From Eledone cirrhosa (Eukaryota), in the NCBI GenBank assembly GCA_964016885.1, contig OZ024754.1:32302001-32366000 (forward strand): a stretch of 64,000 nt of DNA, in the 5' to 3' direction. Shown here piece after piece: positions 13,812 to 25,852 of this stretch (its first letter is position 1; every line of letters begins with the position of its first letter). The notes beneath the pieces were generated by a model, which had not been told where the DNA came from, ran no database searches, and saw nothing but the letters and a program-made list of their open reading frames with translations. Both the position numbers and the translations under genes were made by a program.

Positions 13812-14019
13812 TATATATAATTACATTATCCATTGTATCCTTTTCAAAAGCCTCTATAGGATGATTTGGTTGTTATTTCTAGCAGGTCGAGCGACTGCAT
13901 AGGAAACTTCTCTTTTGGTCACCCGGTAAAGGAGAATAATGTAAATGGCGGAGTAACGTCCCTTGGTTATTGTTTGTTGAAGGGAGACAAGTGCAATGTT
14001 ACACCGTCACAATACAAAT

Positions 14020-14154
14020 ATGGCAGCCAACGATATGAAAGAGATTCCTGCGAATCTAAAAAAGAAGTTGGCCAATTTAGATTGTTCTTTAACGAATTTA
14101 GAAGAATCGTTTTCTCCCCTGCTTTCAAAATCACAGATAGAAATACAGTCAGAG
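14020..14154 (+). CDS. C1D: C1D coding exon 1
   Basis: aatATGG start context; donor at 14155; [10 protein letters not shown]...EIQSE. Confidence 0.88.
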
Positions 14155-17100
14155 GTATCTATATATATTAAATTATTTCTTCTGTTTTATCTGAAAATGA
14201 ACACTAGTAAACGAAATGGGCAGAAACTGGAAAAGAGAGGTGTAGTTAAACATTAAACCATTAACAAACTATAGGGAATGTAATAAATTATAATAACTTG
14301 GCTTTCTTGAATTACTGAAATAAACACTTTTCGTTTTAAAGTGGATTCTATTTTATCCTAACTGCAACTTTTTTAAAGTTTTTACTTCGATTTCTAAACG
14401 TTCCCGTTACCGTATTCAATTAATGAAAATATTCGAGTGATTGACTAAAACTATTAATTATTTCAATGCAGAGATAGTAACTTAGTATGTATTTCTCATA
14501 CAAAATTATGTTAAAAGGTTTTACTTTAAAATAGGTGGTTTTGTTTCATAGGGCTGGAATGGTTTTGGCCGAATTGGTATCAAATGGATTAAAATCTCAT
14601 CTGCATGTTGCCATCATGTTTAACTTGTTCGTTGGACAGACCAACTTCCCAACCCATAAATTTATATCAGATTAATATGTTAACAATGTTTTTGTTTTAA
14701 TTAACGCCATTCTTTTCTATTAAATAAATGTTGTTTTTCCTCCCGTAACGCACGTGCTTATAAAATGAAACCATTTAAAAAATACACGCGAAACGTCAAG
14801 TATCTTTTGTTTGCAGTTGTTTCACTTTTTAAAAATTAAAAACAATATTTCAGTTTTAAGTTATAACATTTTTATTACAAATGTAGTCATCATTTAACGT
14901 CTGTTTTTCCATGTCAGCCTGAGTGGGCTAGGTGTTAACACTTTCCACTAACCCTCATCAGAACACAGTTGTTGTTTTCTAGCCACCTCTCGCGTTGTTC
15001 TGTTTGTAAAGTGTCGTGAACGCCTGGGACAGCATTCTAGATGCTCCATGGTCTGCATTTGATCCATGTCTGTAGCTCTGTCAAGGAGATGACCTGCGGA
15101 AAGACGTTGCACGAAAGGCGCCCACATTAGTTGGGCTTAGCTTTCGTTATCATCGTTATTGTTGTTCTTGAGGTAATTTCACAAGTCCGTTAGCTGCAGC
15201 TCGTGTCTGCACACCAATACTTCAACTTTTCTTATTAATAACTGCATTGTTTCCTTCAAGGGACTATGTTGAAAAATAAATTTCATTTGGTCATTCCTTG
15301 AGAGTATCTTGGTCAGTTTATGAACTTATTAGCTGACCCTCAAATGATAATTTAATGTTGTTTAATGATAAATATGTCTAGAATTTCATTCACCTCTTTC
15401 TTTTTTTTCAGTTCACTCCTTTGGAACAAGCTAAGCTGAATTTAGTTGCTGTCTATGCTATGAATTCTTTATTCTGGGGTAAAGTTTTTATTTGCATTAT
15501 ATTTTACTGATTTTTTAGTATCATTCTTCAGTCACATCGACATGATAGCCTCTGTTGTTTGGGCTCCATGATAAATAACATGACACCAGGTACACTCTGT
15601 AAAGTGGTTGGCATTAAGCAGTGCATCTGACTGTAGAACCCACACCAAAAATTAAATGTATGTAAATGAAGCATGGCCTGCAACCCGTCTGGGACAGTAG
15701 CTCCGATTACTGTATATACTGGAATATAAGCCAATGAATATGTGACCACTAAATCGATGGTAAAATGTGTTGGTTAGCTGCCTTGGTTTATAAACAAGGA
15801 GATATAAAAAAGAGTTGGTGGTTGGCTTATATCTGAGTATATGTGGTAAGTACCGACTTGGTTTGTAACAGCTCATCCAACTCACGCTATCATAGAACGT
15901 CATCATCATCATAACATCTGCTATCCCTGCTAGCAAGGGTTGAACTAACAATTAACATGAAATGTTGATGATTGACCCTTTAATATTTAAATCAGCCGTA
16001 TTTGGCCAGAACTCTCTCACCTCTGCCTGTTTAAACTGGTTGTAGCTGGCCACTACATTAAGTTATTGTTCTCAAAATAAATCACATCAAAATCTCATAG
16101 GTTCGATATTACGTGAGATAATCGTGTAAGATAAAGCCTTTGCTGTGAAAATACAATAGTAAATATAAAGTAATGTAAATGCTAAATGGTTAAAAACCTG
16201 CCAGTGAGACATGTGCCCTGAGTGCAGAAGATTTGCATTGGCTAAAAAGAAATAAAGCATGCATGCTTCTCTGGATATATTAAGCTGGTATTTGGAATAC
16301 AACTTACTGTATATATTCCAATATAAGACCCCCCCCCCCCCCATTTTAATATTGATTTGTTTTGTCACATATTTCTCAGCTTATATACGAGTATATCCGT
16401 TTACAAAAACAAAAGATTCTCACATAGAATTATAATGGGAGGTGTAAATATAAATATGAAATATTTAAAAAGAACAGTTTTGTATCATAGACCCAGAATA
16501 TCAACAGGATTACTGTTGCTGATGATGGCAGTGACAGTAGCTAATAATAATATTCCTAATTTGGGAACAAGACCAGCAGTTTGAGTGGAGGGGAAATTCA
16601 ATTAAATCAACCCCAGCACTTGACTGGTACTTTATTTTACTGACCTCGGAAAAATGAAAGGTAAAGTTGACTTCTGCAGGATTTCAACTCAAAACTTTAA
16701 GGGCTAGAATGAATACTACAAAGTATTTTGTTAGATGCTCTAACGATCCTGTAAATCCAATAACAATGATAATTTCTTCCATCAAATATAAATATTTTGC
16801 ATTAATAATTTCTTTTGCAGCATATTTGAATACTTGTGGCTTAGAACCTTTAGGAAAAGGTGTGAAGACAGAATTGGTAAATATTGGTGTTTTGTTTTTG
16901 TTTCTAAATGCCTAGAGTTTGTCTGTCACTTTTATTTTCTGTTTAACCCTTTAGCATTTAAACCAGCCATATCTGGCCAGAACTCTCTCACCTGTTTCTG
17001 TTCAAACCGGCTGTAACTGGCCACTTATACCTACATTAAGTTATTGTTCTCAAAATATATAACATCAAAATCTCATAGATTTGATATTATATGAGATGTA

Positions 17101-18344
17101 AGATAAAACTTTTACCGTGAAAATACAATGGTAAATATAGAGTAATGTAAATGCTCATGGGTTAAGTCTGGTAGTCTTTCATAGTGTCACTTCCATGCTA
17201 CCTTCTTTTCAGTGTCAGTGAGTATATAAATAGAATAAAATAAAAATTAAATAGGAAAGGCCAGTGGGAAGCAAAATAGGCATTAAAAAAATAAAGTAAA
17301 ATCAAAAGCAAGGGCAGCTGTAAAGCAGATAGAAGGTTCTGTTGTTGAATCTTTTCATAACTTCCCAAGATTTACATTGTGTATATCGTATGGAGTTTAT
17401 GCCTACCCCTTCTCTATATATTGAGCAGGGCCTCTTCCCTTAAAGGATCAGGGTCCTGTCTTCTTTCATACTCTCTAGCACTTTAGTTTTGGTTAATTTT
17501 ACTTTCAGGCCTTTTGATTCCAAATTCTGTTTCCATAGATGGAACTTATTTTCTAGTTCTTTTATGGATTCAGCTATAAGGACCTTCTGCAGCTATAAGG
17601 ACCTTCTGCAGCTATAAGGATCTTCTGCAGCTATAAGGATCTTCTGCAGCTATAAGGACCTTCTGCAGCTATAAGGATCTTCTGCAGCTATAAGGATCTT
17701 CTGCATAGAGAGATTCCCTTATATATATATAAATATATTTGAACCTGAAACCATGTGGTTATAAAGTGAACTTCTTAACCATATAGCCATGCTTGCTCCA
17801 TTATTATATATTTATATATTTTTCTTCTAATGTTTTGTTTCATCCCAACCTAGGACCGCATCCGAAATTATATGAACCGTGTGAAAGAGATTGAAGACAA
17901 AGCAAAAGCACCAAGAGTTAACTCAGATGCAGCTAAACGGTTTGTGAGGAATGCTCTTTGGCAGTCTGCTCACAAGAAATCACAGGCTAGCTCAAGTAAA
18001 GGTAGGAATATTAACATTAAATCTGCTAAATATAACCGGTGGTGTTCAAGTCTTTTGAATTCTAACAATAAATGGCATGATGAGCTGTGGTTTCACCAGA
18101 TTGTTTGAGTGAGTTTGTTTGTGTATGCATATATATATATAGAAGTAGTTCCACAACAGTTAGCCCACCATACCGAGAACAAATGTTTCACCCCACTTGG
18201 ATCCTTAGACCGGGCTGAGGATCTGAGTGGGGTGAAACGTTTGTTCTTGGTATGGTGAACTAACTGTTGTGGAACTACTGCTACCAAACTCGTCCCATGG
18301 TCTGAGTGCTCTACTACTACGGATATAATCCACCAGTGTTCTAC

Positions 18345-18383
<39 letters not shown>

Positions 18384-18868
18384 CACATACATATATATAT
18401 ATATGTATGTGCCTATATATATATATATATATATATATATAGGCACATACATATATATATATATATATGCACATATATATATATGCACACACACTCACAT
18501 ATGTATATATATATATGTATGGCATATATATATTGGAGGCACATGGCTTAGTGGTTAGAGCATTGACCTTGCAATCGAAAGGTTGTGAGTTCAATTCTCA
18601 GACCGGGTGATGTGTTGTTTCCTTGAGCAAGACACTTTATTTCACATTGCTCCAGTTTACTCAGCTGTAGAAATGAGATGATAGGGACTGGGGTCCATAT
18701 CATTCCACTGCAAAGTGGTCGTGGAGGTGCCACGGCAAAAAAGCACCCAGCACTCACTGTAAATGAGGTTGGTGTTAGGAAGGGCATCCAGCTGTAGAAA
18801 TCAAGCCAGAATCAGTTCCCGTCCCACCCTTGCAAGCAGGGAAAAGTGGACGTAAAATGAAATGATGA

Positions 18869-18915
<47 letters not shown>

Positions 18916-21600
18916 GTTATAATGTAATAGTTGACTATTTTCATTGGTAAGATGAGTTAGGCTCATTTGAAATGAATAGAATGTATTATATAATGTTTTT
19001 ATTAAAACCTGATTAGGAAAATAACATACTTTCTGAGATATATATATATATACCATAAAAAATATTTTTACTGCATTACTACAATATTATTTCACATTTC
19101 TAACTAACGAAATATCTACTAAACATCCTAATAATTTTCAAATCTTTCTACATTAAAAGGATTAGTAAAAAAAATAAGCACTGCAATTTTATCTCATGAT
19201 AACATCCTTTCTAACAACTGTTATAACCAACTAACAGCTTTAATATATTTTAACAGATTTATGAAAAACACCCATAACTCTTTATTTTACTTTTGTATGC
19301 CTAAAATACTATTTTCACAAGCTTATGCCTTTGCTTTTGTACTTTGAATCTTGAATAATTCTTGATAATTTATCTTAGGATTTTAAACAAATTATTATTT
19401 TTATGAAAAGATACGGCTTAGAGAAAAGCACCTATAATGGAGTTACTAAACTGATAATATCTGTTTTTTCTCTACAATTGATGAAATATTCTAGTTGTAT
19501 TGAAACAACTGTAGATGTATAAATAATGATAATAATTATCCTTGGTCTTATTGAATTTTGAATTATATATATATATGTATATATATTAACCTTGGTCTTT
19601 CTTCATTTCATATATGTTTATATATCATCATCATTGTTTAACATCTATTTTCCATGGTAGCATGGGTTAGATGGGTTGTCCCATTTGAGGCAGGTCGAGT
19701 CAGATAACCGTATCTTGCTCATATAGAACTGTTTCTGGCTTGGTTTCTATGGCTGGATGCCCTCCCTAATGCCAACCACGTTTACAGAATGTGCTGGATG
19801 CTTTTTGTTATGAAACCTACATAACCACTTTTTGGAGTGGGCTGGGTGCTTTTTGTTGTGAAACCTACATGACCACTTTACAGTGTGGGCTGGGTGCTTT
19901 TAGTCATGATACTAACAAGACAACTTTATAGTGTAAGGGTGGTGTGATAAGATGTGGTGGGGTGTTAGGGCATGGGAGGTGTATTGAGGGGGAGGGAGGA
20001 TAGTTGTTAAAAGTTGCATACTAGCTCTTTGCTTCAGTCTGTGCACATTGGAAGCTGGGTCTTCTGTATTACTGCATAACACCAAAGATCTCAATATATA
20101 TAGATATTCATTATCATCATCATCTTGTTTGCATGGTTTGGGTGCTTCTTTGCCAGCATCGCATTCCTCTATTTGTTGTGGTCTTTCAGTTTCTACTCTG
20201 TGAACTTAAGCAATTTAAGATCAGCTCTCACAACCTCTGCCCAGATCACCCGTCATCTCTCTCGACTGCAGTTTCCTCTCACTGCGATTTCTTGGCACTT
20301 TTTCACTCAACGATCATCATCTGTATGCATCACATGTGCACAGTCTTTTCTCTTGCATACTACACCTGATTCCTCTGATACCCAGCTTTCCTCTCAGATC
20401 ATCCATACTTTGTTGTTCAAGTACATTAACATTGTACATTCATCGCGGCATGCTTACTTAATTTCTCTCTAGCCTTCGCATATCCTCTGCATTCACTCCT
20501 CAGGTCTTACTACTAGATGCATGCATGCACACACACACATATTATAAAAGTGGATTAAAATAAAATAAAAATGCTTTCACTCATACACTATGTATAAATC
20601 AGCTCAAATATGCTTTATATGGGGTAAAATCTGTATTTTACAGAGCACTGTATATATATATAAAGAGAAAGAGAGAATAACTAGTACATAGTGTGGTTAA
20701 ATAGAACCTCCTAGATATGGATTTTACTGTCTGGAACAACAGTGAGTTGACAAAGCAGTGTATGGAAATCTGAGATTTGTGTTGAATAAATGATTAAATA
20801 ACACAACACGGTGTACACCTGAACACAACCTAACAAATTTAAATGTTAAAGACAGAATAGAATCCAGGTGGCTAATTATCATCATTTTACACCTTTTTTT
20901 TTCCATGCTTGCATGGGTTAGATGTGTTATCATGTTATGAGACAAGTTAAGTCTGGAGACCACATCATGCTCATATGGATCTGTATTTTGGCTTGATTTC
21001 TATGGCTTGATGCCCTTCCTAACACCAGTCATGTTACAGTGTTGAAATTATTATCACAATAAACTGCATTCCATGCACTTTTAGATTATATAATAACATT
21101 GTGAATAGCATTTATAATGGACTTTTTAGTAACTTATTAAAATCTGGAAGGTTTTTTTTTTTTTACTTCTTCCTGTATGTAAGTTAATGTGTATCCCAGT
21201 TTATGTAGATGGGTTAATGTGTACCTTAGACACTGTAGATGGGTTAATGTGTACCCCAGTTGTAGATGGGTTAATGTGTACCCCAGTTGATGTAGATGGG
21301 TTAGTGTATATCCAAAGTTCTGTAGTGGTTCTACTGTGGACCTCAGTTTTTCTAATTATTTTACTGTGGCCTAAGCTCAGTGCTACTAGTATTGATTTCT
21401 AATCTAGGCACAAGTCCAACAATATAAAGGGAGCGGGCAAGTCGAGCACCTGTATATGACTGGTACTTTATTTAATTGACTTTGGAAGGAGGAAAGACAA
21501 AGTTGACCTTGTCTGGATTTGAACTCAGAATGTAAAAGGCTGTAATTAAATTCTGCAAAGTATGTTGTCCAACATTCTGATTCTGCCAAACTACTCTAGG

Positions 21601-21631
<31 letters not shown>

Positions 21632-22140
21632 ATATTAATAATCTTTTAACTTTGATTTGCACGATTAGTGTCACGATAAAATGTACCTGGTGCACTCTGT
21701 AGGGTGTGGGAATGTATGTAAGTGGGATGCCGTCTGTGAAGTCTGTAGCTCTGATTAACCCTTTAGCATTTAAAACCGCCGTAACTGGCCGCTCATACTG
21801 ACGTTAAGGTATTGTTCTCAAAATGAATAATATATAAAAATCTCATAGATTCAATATTATGTGAGATAAAGCCTTTACCGTGAAAATACAATAGTAAATA
21901 TAGAGTAATATAAATGCTAAAGGGTTAAATACTGACTTCATCTGTGAGGATCCTTCAAGTCTTTGCTAGCAGGGAGAATGCATGTTAACTGATGATGATG
22001 AAATATTTCTAAATTGTTTGTCTTGTCACCTTGATTTTTCAGCTGCAGCTGACCAAGACAGAATAGATGAAGCCCCACCCCCAAAGAAGAAGAAGAAACA
22101 AAACAAAAAGAAATCTAAAAAAGGAAAACACCCAAAGTGA
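14020..22140 (+). CDS. C1D: Nuclear nucleic acid-binding protein C1D (Rrp47, Sas10/C1D domain, exosome cofactor), 5 coding exons (14020-14154, 15412-15478, 16821-16876, 17854-18001, 22043-22140), 167 aa
   Basis: GT..AG introns in consistent phase. Product contains [48 protein letters not shown] and [11 protein letters not shown], matching vertebrate C1D ([23 protein letters not shown] / [15 protein letters not shown] / AASRFVKNALW). Confidence 0.95.
15412..15478 (+). CDS. C1D: C1D coding exon 2
   Basis: Polypyrimidine tract + cAG; [22 protein letters not shown]. Confidence 0.94.
16821..16876 (+). CDS. C1D: C1D coding exon 3
   Basis: ttttgcAG acceptor, GTAAAT donor; [19 protein letters not shown]. 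Confidence 0.92.
17571..17704. repeat. 19 bp tandem repeat, ~7 copies
   Basis: CAGCTATAAGGA(C/T)CTTCTG. Confidence 0.9.
17854..18001 (+). CDS. C1D: C1D coding exon 4
   Basis: cctAG acceptor, G|GTAGGA donor; [16 protein letters not shown]...RNALW. Confidence 0.93.
18144..18347 (+). mobile_element. Mini fold-back PLE remnant with hammerhead (18209-18251) in C1D intron 4
   Basis: Inverted arms ~18144-18207 / 18215-18279, tail to 18347, (TA)n flanks; ACCGGG-CTGAGGA...GAAA-CGTTTG-TT-CTTGGT. Confidence 0.7.
18535..18870 (+). mobile_element. tRNA-derived CORE-type SINE followed by an RTE-like tail
   Basis: A box TGGCTTAGTGG, B box GAGTTCAATTC, CCTTGAGCAAGACACTT core; 3' GAAAAGTGGACGTAAAATGA..(TGA)n matches the RTE end at 3205-3229. 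Partial copies at ~22955-23065 (+) and ~56340-56450 (-). Confidence 0.75.
20112..20510 (-). mobile_element. Degenerate RTE LINE 3' fragment (C1D intron 4)
   Basis: Reverse complement resembles 3000-3229; (CAT)n tail. Confidence 0.7.
21759..21924. mobile_element. piggyBac-type MITE (other copies: 10427-10602, 11695-11891, 13038-13416, 15976-16189, 16947-17161)
   Basis: TTAA-CCCTTTAGCATTTA ... TAAATGCTAAAGGG-TTAA: terminal inverted repeats with TTAA target duplication. Confidence 0.85.
22043..22140 (+). CDS. C1D: C1D coding exon 5 (basic tail)
   Basis: tttttcAG acceptor, phase fits exon 4; [32 protein letters not shown]. No family homology recognised for this exon. Confidence 0.75.
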
Positions 22141-23727
22141 CAACATTCCTCACTCCTCCCCTTCCCCTCCTGCCTCTTCCTCTCCCTCTCCTGTCTCTCC
22201 CCCTCTTTCTATAGTTTTATATTATTATTTTTATTAAACACATTGCAAATCACAAGTTGTTGTTGTTATTATTTAACCTGCAGTGGATTGGCGGTATTCA
22301 ATTACTGTATTTGCCGGCATACTTTCCCCCCACCATATTACATTAAAAAAGTCTTCCCACGTCCAATAACCCCATATCACTGCTGGTAGACCGAACGGAG
22401 GGTTGTGGGGAGTGCAGTCATGGTTAAAAATATTTGGTTTATATTACTATTAGTATTACTAATACAGTAATACACTACAATATATATAAGCAAAATGATG
22501 TCAAAATTATATAAAAGTTTCTGAAAAAACAATGAAATAATTTTTAGTAAATTTATGAAGAAATGTACTAAGATTATTTTTTCTCAAAATGTCCTTGTAA
22601 AACTGCCTTATACGCAGAAGCGTCCAATAGGCCAGCAAATACGGTATATAGATCGCAGTTCTTGTATGAGTAATCTACAAATATTATACACTAGCCGATT
22701 TTGTTTCCAAACAATCTTCTTCAAAATCGGGATGCGTCTCTATACCGGTGCCGGTGTGTTTTATATTATGAAAAAATATGGCATTTTATACGATTTCTTA
22801 AAATAATTCAAAATATACCAAAAAGTAGTCTCTTTCCCCACCAATCCGATATCAAGGGAGGCTACTCTTTACAGTAGGTTGTTTCCCTTGACAACTGTTT
22901 AATAAAATAATGCGCTAATTCTGTGTGTGTGTATCTTCATATATATATAAATGTGTAGCTGATTGGTTAGAGAACTGGATTCGTAATCGTGAAGTTGTCA
23001 GTTCAATTCCTGGACCCGGCGATGCGTTATGTCCTTGAGCAAGACAATTTATTTCACATTGCTTCTTCTACCTGGAGTTGCGACCGATAGATAGTATTAG
23101 CAATTGGAAAGACCAACGGAAACATTGTTTCCTCGGTCTGATATGACAAAAGTCGATCGAAAAAATATATATATATATATGTGTATGTGTGTACGTATGT
23201 ATCCTTACATCTATCTATCTATCTATCTACATATATATAATTCTCTGTCTGTCTGTTTCCTTATGCATTCTCAAGCGGGTCGACCAAATCAAATCAAATT
23301 TAACATGTAATTTTAATTTTCATTTGGATTAAAACAATATAACATTTTATCTAAAATAATCTTTCTATAGACAACTATAGTAAACGATATTTTATTTGTG
23401 CGTTCGTTACGTACGTTAGGCCTTAGTAAGTTGGATACACATTATTTTCACGTAAATATTTAATCAGATACACAGAATTAAACACACACATCTACACATA
23501 TGTAATGACTGACAAGTATGTATGTGAGGATACATACATTTCTGTGACAACAGAGATAACGACGAATATACATACACACATCTAAAGAGAGAGAAATAGG
23601 CCGTTATACAGAGATAGATACAATTAAAGTGTTAGATATTCAGAGAGAGTGACATCCCACAAAAGTGTAGAATTGGCTTAAACTATAGATCAAAGTAATA
23701 GTTGAATGTTTAACAATATTGCGTTAG

Positions 23728-23782
<55 letters not shown>

Positions 23783-23975
23783 GTGTGTGTGTACGTGTGC
23801 CTACTTACATTTATGTATCAGTTGTGCTAAGGCGAGAAATGAAATTCTAATTTTATTTTTAATATTCGGCAAGGCCAGCCATAACTCTCTCAGTATGCAA
23901 ATGAGGCTACTCAGCCGATGTGTACTTAAGAAAATACTTTATATTTTCAACCGTTCAACAGACAGGCAGAGGTAT

Positions 23976-24018
23976 ACAGTCCTGATGAAGGGTAATGACC
24001 CAGAAACATGTTCATTGT
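23976..24018 (+). ncRNA. Minimal hammerhead-like motif in a probable PLE terminal fragment (~23865-24140)
   Basis: ACAGTC-CTGATGA-A-GGGT(AATG)ACCC-A-GAAA-CATG-TT-CATTGT; palindromic CATG loop. Confidence 0.6.
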
Positions 24019-24140
24019 TCCTCAATGCCAGTGTTGAACAAACAGGTGACGATCGGTCACCGGCACGGCACAGCTTCAAATCATGTCGTTTGTTTATAAA
24101 CGGATCGAACATTATTATTAATGTTCAATATAACCCATAC

Positions 24141-24144
24141 GTAC

Positions 24145-24198
<54 letters not shown>

Positions 24199-24203
24199 GT
24201 ATG

Positions 24204-24274
<71 letters not shown>

Positions 24275-24287
24275 GTATATATATATG

Positions 24288-24384
<97 letters not shown>

Positions 24385-24449
24385 GTATATATATATATAT
24401 ATGTATGTATATATATATGTATGTATATATATATATATATGTATGTATG

Positions 24450-24489
<40 letters not shown>

Positions 24490-24576
24490 TGTATGTATAT
24501 ATATATGTATATATATATATGTATATATATATATGTATATATATATATGTATATATATATATGTATATATGTATAT

Positions 24577-24630
<54 letters not shown>

Positions 24631-24847
24631 GTATATATGTATATATATATATGTATATATATATATGTATATATATATATATGTATATATATATGTATAT
24701 ATATATATATGTATATATATGTATATATATATATATATGTATATGTATATATATGTATATATATGTATATATATATGTATATATATATGTATATATATGT
24801 ATATATATATGTATATATATATGTATATATATGTATATATATATATG

Positions 24848-24894
<47 letters not shown>

Positions 24895-25235
24895 GTATAT
24901 ATATATGTATATGTATGTATATGTATATATATGTATATGTATATATATGTATATGTATATATATGTATATGTATATATATGTATATGTATATATATATAT
25001 ATGTATATATATATATGTGTATATATATATATGTGTATATATATATATGTATATATATATATGTGTATATATATATATGTATATATATATATATGTATAT
25101 GTATATATATGTATATATATATATATGTATATGTATATATATGTATATATATATATGTATATGTATATATATGTATATATATATATGTATATGTATATAT
25201 ATGTATGTATATGTATATATATATGTATGTATATG

Positions 25236-25293
<58 letters not shown>

Positions 25294-25308
25294 TGTGTAT
25301 ATATATAT
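24141..25308. repeat. ~1.17 kb interrupted (TA)n/(TATG)n microsatellite
   Basis: Almost only T/A with periodic G; similar tracts at 31142-31521, 32132-32845, 33242-33875 and throughout 37.7-60.4 kb. Confidence 0.97.
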
Positions 25309-25519
25309 TTCGTTTCTGAATTTGTTTAGCAAGATTCTTTATCTGAAATCGTGTGTTGAAACCGATATTGTTATACTTTGGGAGGGTCATGTTGCCAATA
25401 AGAAACACACGCACCAGTTGCTTTCACTTCAATTTAATTTATTATATATTTATAAATTTACAAATTTATAAATTTCTGGTTGGTTGGTTCCACAACCAGA
25501 TAGTTGTTTATATATATAT

Positions 25520-25564
25520 AGTCATAGTTCTTTCGTCACACACTCTGTGACCTCCTCAGTGACT
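25520..25564 (-). ncRNA. Hammerhead motif, mirror copy in the left arm
   Basis: Same as 30939-30983 but the core reads CTGAGGA (differs at the variable N7 position). Confidence 0.75.
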
Positions 25565-25852
25565 GGGGATTTCTTTCTTCGTTTCTGTGCCTTTCCTTTC
25601 TTCTATCCTACGCCATTTTGTTTGTGTGTGGGTTGCGTGCTCAGTTTGCGCATGCGCCACATCCGGGTGTCTGTGTGTGTTTGTGTTCATTTTTCTATTT
25701 TTCTATTTATATTTTTCTATTTGTTTGTTTATTTATTTATTTATTGTTGGTTGGTTGTTTGTTCTATGTGTGTGTGTGTTTTCATTTTGTCTTGTGTGTG
25801 TTTTCAATTGTGAGTTGTTTGTTCTATGTGTGTGTGTGTTTTCATTTTGTCC

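Noticed and set aside
23706-25471. 400-537 aa ORFs rich in Y/I/M/C/V (similar ones at 31-34 kb, 37-50 kb, 53.6-54.8 kb and 58-60 kb)
   Set aside because: Translations of (TA)n/(TATG)n/(CA)n microsatellites that lack stop codons; open in several frames on both strands.
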